From assembly GCA_963677485.1 (NCBI GenBank), contig OY781964.1, positions 2,720,001 to 2,784,000 on the forward strand: DNA of 64,000 nucleotides, in the 5' to 3' direction. The position numbers and the translations under genes are program-made. Of this stretch, positions 59,248 through 64,000 are shown piece after piece; positions within the stretch are counted from its first letter, which is position 1; every line of letters starts with the position of its first letter. The notes under the pieces were generated by a model. That model searched no databases and was not told the origin of the DNA. It was given only the letters and a program-made list of their open reading frames with translations. This DNA is from Armatimonadota bacterium. GTDB taxonomy: Bacteria > Armatimonadota > HRBIN16.

Positions 59248-60216
59248 CTACCACTCCAGCGTCACTTTGATCACCCCGCTGGATCGGTCGCGCATCAGGC
59301 GGTAGCCTTCTTCGAAATCGGAGGCGCGCAGCCTGTGCGTGATCAGCCGGTCAATCGGAAGCCGATCCTCAATCGCCAGTCGCACAGCGTCGGGCCAGGC
59401 ACCAGCGCTGGCGTTGCTGCCGATCAGCGTGACCTCACGCCACAGCATCTGGTTCCACGGGGTGGCAGGGCAGGTATCGCCGTAGTCGCCCACCTCCAAC
59501 ACCTTCCCCTGCTTGGCGGCGATCGCCAGAGAGGCGTCCATCGCCTTACCAGAGCCTGATGCCTCTATCACCACGGGGAACTCCAGACCAGTGCGCGACT
59601 TGATCTCGCCGACCATATCGCCATCGAACTCGTGATAGTTCAACGTGCTCGCAGCCCCGAATTCCGTGGCGATGTCGAGGCGGAGTGCACGTCCGCCCAC
59701 CGTGACCACATAATGGCCGCGTCGTGACATCAGCAGCGTCAGCATCAACCCGATGGGGCCGTCGCCGAATATCAGAACCGGCCCAGGAACCACCTCACCC
59801 AGCCGGTGGAGTGCGTGAACCGACACCGCCAGCGGCTCGATCAGTGCCAATGTGGGGAAGGCGATGTCTGAGGGCACCGTCAGCACGTTCGCGGCCTCGG
59901 TCAATAGATACTCCGCATATCCGCCCGGGTGCTCAAAGCCGACCTCAAGGCCGTCGGCCAGCACGTTCTCCGCCACGCATCGTTTGCCAACCAGTGAGGC
60001 ATCCACACCCTCACCCACAGCATCCACCGTGCCAGCCCATTCGTGCCCAGGTATGGCAGGGAAGCCGTTGCGCTCCCAGCCAGCCACCATGGCCAGGTCT
60101 GTGGCGCAGATGCCCACCGCACCGGTGTGGATACGAACCTGGCCCGCGCCTGGTACAGGCAGCGGCAGCTCCAGCATCTCCAGACGGCCAGGCCCCGTGT
60201 TGACTATCGCCCTCAT
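59248..60216 (-). CDS. Zn-binding MDR dehydrogenase lacking the structural-Zn loop
   Basis: GICATD, IPGHEWAG, GDGPIG; true start MRAIVNTG at 60216 (ATGA overlap). Confidence 0.88.
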   Translation of the reverse strand: MRAIVNTGPGRLEMLELPLPVPGAGQVRIHTGAVGICATDLAMVAGWERNGFPAIPGHEWAGTVDAVGEGVDASLVGKRCVAENVLADGLEVGFEHPGGYAEYLLTEAANVLTVPSDIAFPTLALIEPLAVSVHALHRLGEVVPGPVLIFGDGPIGLMLTLLMSRRGHYVVTVGGRALRLDIATEFGAASTLNYHEFDGDMVGEIKSRTGLEFPVVIEASGSGKAMDASLAIAAKQGKVLEVGDYGDTCPATPWNQMLWREVTLIGSNASAGAWPDAVRLAIEDRLPIDRLITHRLRASDFEEGYRLMRDRSSGVIKVTLEW

Positions 60217-61247
60217 GGGTTGATGACCACCTTGTTCCGCTCTGACGAACCCATCACTTCGACCGCCTTGTGGATTTCGGAGAGGGAGAAGCGGTGCGAG
60301 ATGATCTTCTCGATGTCGATCAATCCCGTCTCCATCAGCCGGATCGCTTTGCTCATGGCCAGTGGGGTGGTGCCGAAACTGGCGTCCATACGCCCCTCGA
60401 GGAAGTGGGTCAGACCGCCGTCCAGCTCGAACTTCTCGTGGGTGGTGATGCCAAACACATTCCAACGCGTGCCGCGGCGGCGCAGGTCAACCATTAGCCG
60501 GACGGCCTGGATTGGCCCTGCCGCTTCCACCACCAGATCGGGACCGTGGGGGATGATCTCGTAAACGCGTTTCTTGGCATCCTCTTTCGCCGGGTTGATC
60601 ACGTGCGTGGCTCCCAGCTTCATGGCGTGCTCCAGCGCGTATTCGCTGGTGTCGATGGCGATCAAACGGCCTGCACCTGCGGCTTTGGCCACCATCATGC
60701 ATAGCAGTCCGATGCTGCCCACACCGATGATCACCACATCGTCACCCACCTGCATCTCACTATACTGAATCACACCCTTCCAAGCGCCTGAGAGCGGTTC
60801 GGTGATGGCGGAGGCGTCAAATGACAGGCTGGCGGGTTTCGCAAACAGGGTGTTCTCTTTGGTCTTCATATACTCGGCGAACGCCCCAGGCCACACATCC
60901 ACGGGGCCGTCGCCGCCGGTGGTGAAGGCATGCTCGCAGTAGTGCGGGTTGTTCGTGCGGCAATGGCTGCAGTATCCGCAATAACCGGACGGCTGAACGA
61001 TCACCTCGTCACCCACCTTGAAATGCGTCATGCCTGGGCCGACCTCATGCACGATGCCGCTGGGCTCATGACCTACGATAGATGGGAACTGCACGTTTGT
61101 GCGGATACCCTTGATGGCTTTATAATCTGTCGCGCAGAACCCGCACGACTTAATCTTCACGACGACTTCGCCGAAGCCCGTGGCACGGGGCATCGGCACC
61201 TCTTCCAGTTCCAGTTTGTTGAAATCTTTGAGTACGGCTGCTAACAT
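60213..61247 (-). CDS. Zn-dependent MDR (sugar/polyol) dehydrogenase
   Basis: GFCATD, VGHEPSG, YCGYCSHC.......C, GVGSIG. Confidence 0.92.
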   Translation of the reverse strand: MLAAVLKDFNKLELEEVPMPRATGFGEVVVKIKSCGFCATDYKAIKGIRTNVQFPSIVGHEPSGIVHEVGPGMTHFKVGDEVIVQPSGYCGYCSHCRTNNPHYCEHAFTTGGDGPVDVWPGAFAEYMKTKENTLFAKPASLSFDASAITEPLSGAWKGVIQYSEMQVGDDVVIIGVGSIGLLCMMVAKAAGAGRLIAIDTSEYALEHAMKLGATHVINPAKEDAKKRVYEIIPHGPDLVVEAAGPIQAVRLMVDLRRRGTRWNVFGITTHEKFELDGGLTHFLEGRMDASFGTTPLAMSKAIRLMETGLIDIEKIISHRFSLSEIHKAVEVMGSSERNKVVINP

Positions 61248-61394
61248 GGGATCATTCCTCCAGATCGGTCCGCTTCACACAGACCGTTTATGTTATACCG
61301 TGCTACCGGTCGGATGGCAAATGAGGGGGGGTGATCTAGGCGGAGGCCAATCGGCCAAGACCGCACCGGTCTATCGGCGATCGGTATGAAAGGA

Positions 61395-61492
61395 ACGAAT
61401 ATCCACAGATGACGCAGATGACTAAGGTGAGGCCCCGCCACCTCCCCATCCGTAACATCCGCGTCATCCGTGAAATCCGTGGTTCAGACGAC
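61395..61492. repeat. Short-period repeat module cluster
   Basis: ATCCACAGATGACGCAGATG; ATCCGTAACATCCGCGTCATCCGTGAAATCCGTGGTTCAGAC. Confidence 0.8.
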
Positions 61493-61499
61493 TGGGCCC

Positions 61500-63398
61500 C
61501 TAGCGAATCGCCTCCAGCAGCTTGTCTTCCAGCCATCGGGCCGACTGGGCTTCCAGCGGTGTGTTGATCTGCCCACTTTTGTAAGCACCGATGCCCAGGT
61601 TGTCGCGATGAAGCCACACCACCTCACGTGCAAGCAGCGTGGGCATCAGTGTCAAGGACACAGCCAGGATGCTCCACACAAAAAACGGCTGCATATATCG
61701 CATGGCCGCGGCATAGTAGAGGCGGTAGCGTTGTTTGAGCACAAATGCCGAGATAAACCCAGCCAACGTGCATATGGCGATGACCGACACGGCCAGCCAC
61801 AGTGATGGCAACACGTGCGCCAGCAATAGTGCTGCTGTGACACCAGCAACAGGCAGCCAGTTGCACAGAATCTCAAAACCTCGTGCTGGTGTCTCGACGT
61901 CCTGCTTCTGGCACATCCTTTTGAAGCGGAAACGCCAGATGAACCAGGGAATTACCAGTGCCAGTAGAAGCACAACAGCCTTCTCGGTGGCGGTACCTTC
62001 ACTAATGTTGCCGCTGCGCCAGGGCATCCAGACCGCCTGTGTGAGAAGGGTATACACCGCCAACGGCACCAGCAGCCACCAGATGAGCAACTGACGCAGC
62101 TCCGGCTGCCAGTTCCAGACCGGCAGCGTATCGCCGCTCTTCCGGCAGGCTAAATGCCACACACCGGAGCATAGAATGCCGAACAGCAGCAAAACCAGCC
62201 ATGATATCAGTAAGACTGCCAGACTGGCCTCATCGGCGATGGTATACTCCAACATGCGTGGTGCTGCACGCTGAGCCGTAGTGATCGGCTCTGTGGCGAT
62301 CCATACGGAGGTGAATGTACCTAGATACCACCCAGCATTCCTCAATTCATGCCCAAACAGGCTCTTATTATCTATCTTGTGGATTCGATCAGAAAGAGAA
62401 TCAAACTTTTGCTGCTGGGCTGGCATCTTCAGCAGTCCCGCCAGCTCGGTGGAAGACTTCACGTTTATATTGAGCACGGCCTGCGCAACGAAAGCACGGA
62501 TGAGGTTGCCATCATGTGCCTTGACTAGTTGTTTACTGTAAGGAAGCTGCGCATCCAACAACTGGCGTGCTTCTGCCCGATATCCTAGCTTGATAAGCTG
62601 AGGCCCCGCCGCACCAAGCTGACTAGCCATGTTTCGAAGTTTTGCACTGTAGGGCATGTCAACAAATGGTCGAGCGGTTTCGCTGTTATTCAGATAGGTT
62701 TCGAGCAGTTTTGGATTACGGTCAATTTGGGTGAGATATATATCCTGGTCGTGGCGTCGTATCGGCAGCTTTGATGCCCTGCTATACGCTTGGATTCCGA
62801 GTATCGCCTGCTTGCGGTCGGTCATGGGGTACCGTTCCACAAGCGACTTTCTGCGGGTTTTGGGCTTCGGTGCATCGGCGGTAGGCATGTTCATGCTTAA
62901 CGGCATCTCGGTAGGAGCTATGCGCGGACCTTCAGGGGGTATCCATTTAAACCCCTCATCTAGTCGGATCATCGCTTCCATCAGCGGATAGAGACCATTA
63001 CCTGGGTCGAGGCGTTCACCAGCAGCGCACACAGCCAGTTGTTCGTCGAATGAAGGAAGCTTGCGACCGGTTGGGGCTATACCGAGTATCCCCACACTCT
63101 CCATATGGCTGGTTTGATAGGCCATCTGAGCCTTTTCAGTAGCTGAGAGCTTGTGCTTCTTGCTCAGCTCTGTCAGGTTTAACCCACCTGTCTTGATTCC
63201 TACACCAGATATCACCTGTTCAAGATCAGGTTTCTGAATTTGCGGCCATGGGTTCAGCGGCTTCATGCCAAGCGCCGGAATCTCAGGTACCGGTTGTCCC
63301 AGCCAGGATGCGTTGTTTAACCATCGCACGGACCACAGCCAGCCAATCACAATCGCGGCCAGAACAGAAATGAAACCAAACCAGTTTCGTTGCTTCAT
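61500..63398 (-). CDS. Hypothetical membrane protein (N-terminal anchor, large extracytoplasmic domain, multi-TM C-terminus)
   Basis: Long ORF with SD GAGGTG and a minus-strand TTGACA-N17-CATAAT promoter at 63441-63469. Confidence 0.75.
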   Translation of the reverse strand: MKQRNWFGFISVLAAIVIGWLWSVRWLNNASWLGQPVPEIPALGMKPLNPWPQIQKPDLEQVISGVGIKTGGLNLTELSKKHKLSATEKAQMAYQTSHMESVGILGIAPTGRKLPSFDEQLAVCAAGERLDPGNGLYPLMEAMIRLDEGFKWIPPEGPRIAPTEMPLSMNMPTADAPKPKTRRKSLVERYPMTDRKQAILGIQAYSRASKLPIRRHDQDIYLTQIDRNPKLLETYLNNSETARPFVDMPYSAKLRNMASQLGAAGPQLIKLGYRAEARQLLDAQLPYSKQLVKAHDGNLIRAFVAQAVLNINVKSSTELAGLLKMPAQQQKFDSLSDRIHKIDNKSLFGHELRNAGWYLGTFTSVWIATEPITTAQRAAPRMLEYTIADEASLAVLLISWLVLLLFGILCSGVWHLACRKSGDTLPVWNWQPELRQLLIWWLLVPLAVYTLLTQAVWMPWRSGNISEGTATEKAVVLLLALVIPWFIWRFRFKRMCQKQDVETPARGFEILCNWLPVAGVTAALLLAHVLPSLWLAVSVIAICTLAGFISAFVLKQRYRLYYAAAMRYMQPFFVWSILAVSLTLMPTLLAREVVWLHRDNLGIGAYKSGQINTPLEAQSARWLEDKLLEAIR

Positions 63399-63504
63399 CG
63401 AACAGCCACCTCATTTGACAATCGGTTTACCACGGTTTGTATTATGCGCACCACCAGATCGTTTGTCAAGCGCCGTTGGTGTCTGCAGATAGACGCGAAG
63501 GGAA

Positions 63505-63727
63505 CGAATATCCACCGATTACACAGATCACACAGATCACACAGATGAGGTGCGGTCACCTCCCCATCCGCGTTCATCCGTGTTCATCCGCGGTTCAGAC
63601 AACTATATGACAGGTAGGATGCGTAGGACGAATAGGACAGGTGACATGCCCTTCTCGCCTTCGCGGCTTCGCGTGAGCTGCTTCCCACCCATCCGCGTTC
63701 ATCAGCGTTCATCCGTGGTTCAGACAA
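63505..63727. repeat. Short-period repeat module cluster
   Basis: CACCGATTACACAGATCACACAGATCACACAGAT; ATCCGCGTTCATCCGTGTTCATCCGCGGTTCAGACA; ATCCGCGTTCATCAGCGTTCATCCGTGGTTCAGACA. Confidence 0.85.
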
Positions 63728-63735
63728 TCAGGCCC

Positions 63736-64000
63736 CTAGCGAATCGCCTCCAGTAGCTTGCCCTCCAGCCATCGGGCCGACTGCGCCTCGACAGGCATGC
63801 TGAGCTGGACCTTCTTGCAGGAGCCGATGCCCAGGTTGTCGCGCTGAAGCCAAACCACCTCGCGGGCGAGCAGCGTGGGCATCAGCGTCAAGGAGACCAC
63901 CAAAATGCTCCACACAAACAGCGGCTGCATGTATCGTGCAGCGGCGGCGTAATAGACTCGGAATTTCTGCTTCAGCGCAAACACCGAGATGACGCTGGCC
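63736..64000 (-). CDS. C-terminus of a tandem paralog of 61500-63398 (starts beyond the window)
   Basis: YYAAAARYMQPLFVWSIL...LLAREVVWLQRDNLGIG...EAQSARWLEGKLLEAIR aligns to the end of the 632-aa ORF. Confidence 0.85.
   Translation of the reverse strand, partial: ASVISVFALKQKFRVYYAAAARYMQPLFVWSILVVSLTLMPTLLAREVVWLQRDNLGIGSCKKVQLSMPVEAQSARWLEGKLLEAIR

Overview
Bacterial chromosomal window, about 55-60% GC. Taxonomy cannot be fixed from the sequence alone; the gene mix would fit a glycan-degrading anaerobe such as an Armatimonadota member (inference). The backbone carries a truncated yhhQ-type queuosine-precursor transporter, argC, rsmA, a Re-citrate-synthase-like enzyme, MarR-ABC and PadR-DUF2812 modules, two CNNM/CBS proteins, two Zn-dehydrogenases and many divergent CAZymes. 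Most notable: (1) an archaeal-type ThrRS lacking the editing domain, preceded by an unannotated leader peptide with six consecutive Thr codons and an attenuator; (2) an AT-richer island with a Sir2-HerA defence operon plus a tightly coupled KTSC gene, where sir2 and herA are each split by a different IS and both frames are restored exactly on removing the IS plus one target duplication; (3) a two-gene secreted cassette with GC-rich outer ends and an AT-rich inner part encoding a His/Cys caspase-fold-like domain and a PepSY-like partner; (4) a modular family of short-period intergenic repeats (core TGTCTGAACCACGGA) that brackets AT-rich cargo as direct repeats, plus a four-helix-bundle gene between heptamer-repeat arms and several REP/MITE families. 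No CRISPR array, rRNA or tRNA was recognised. All family calls come from motif recognition, not database searches.
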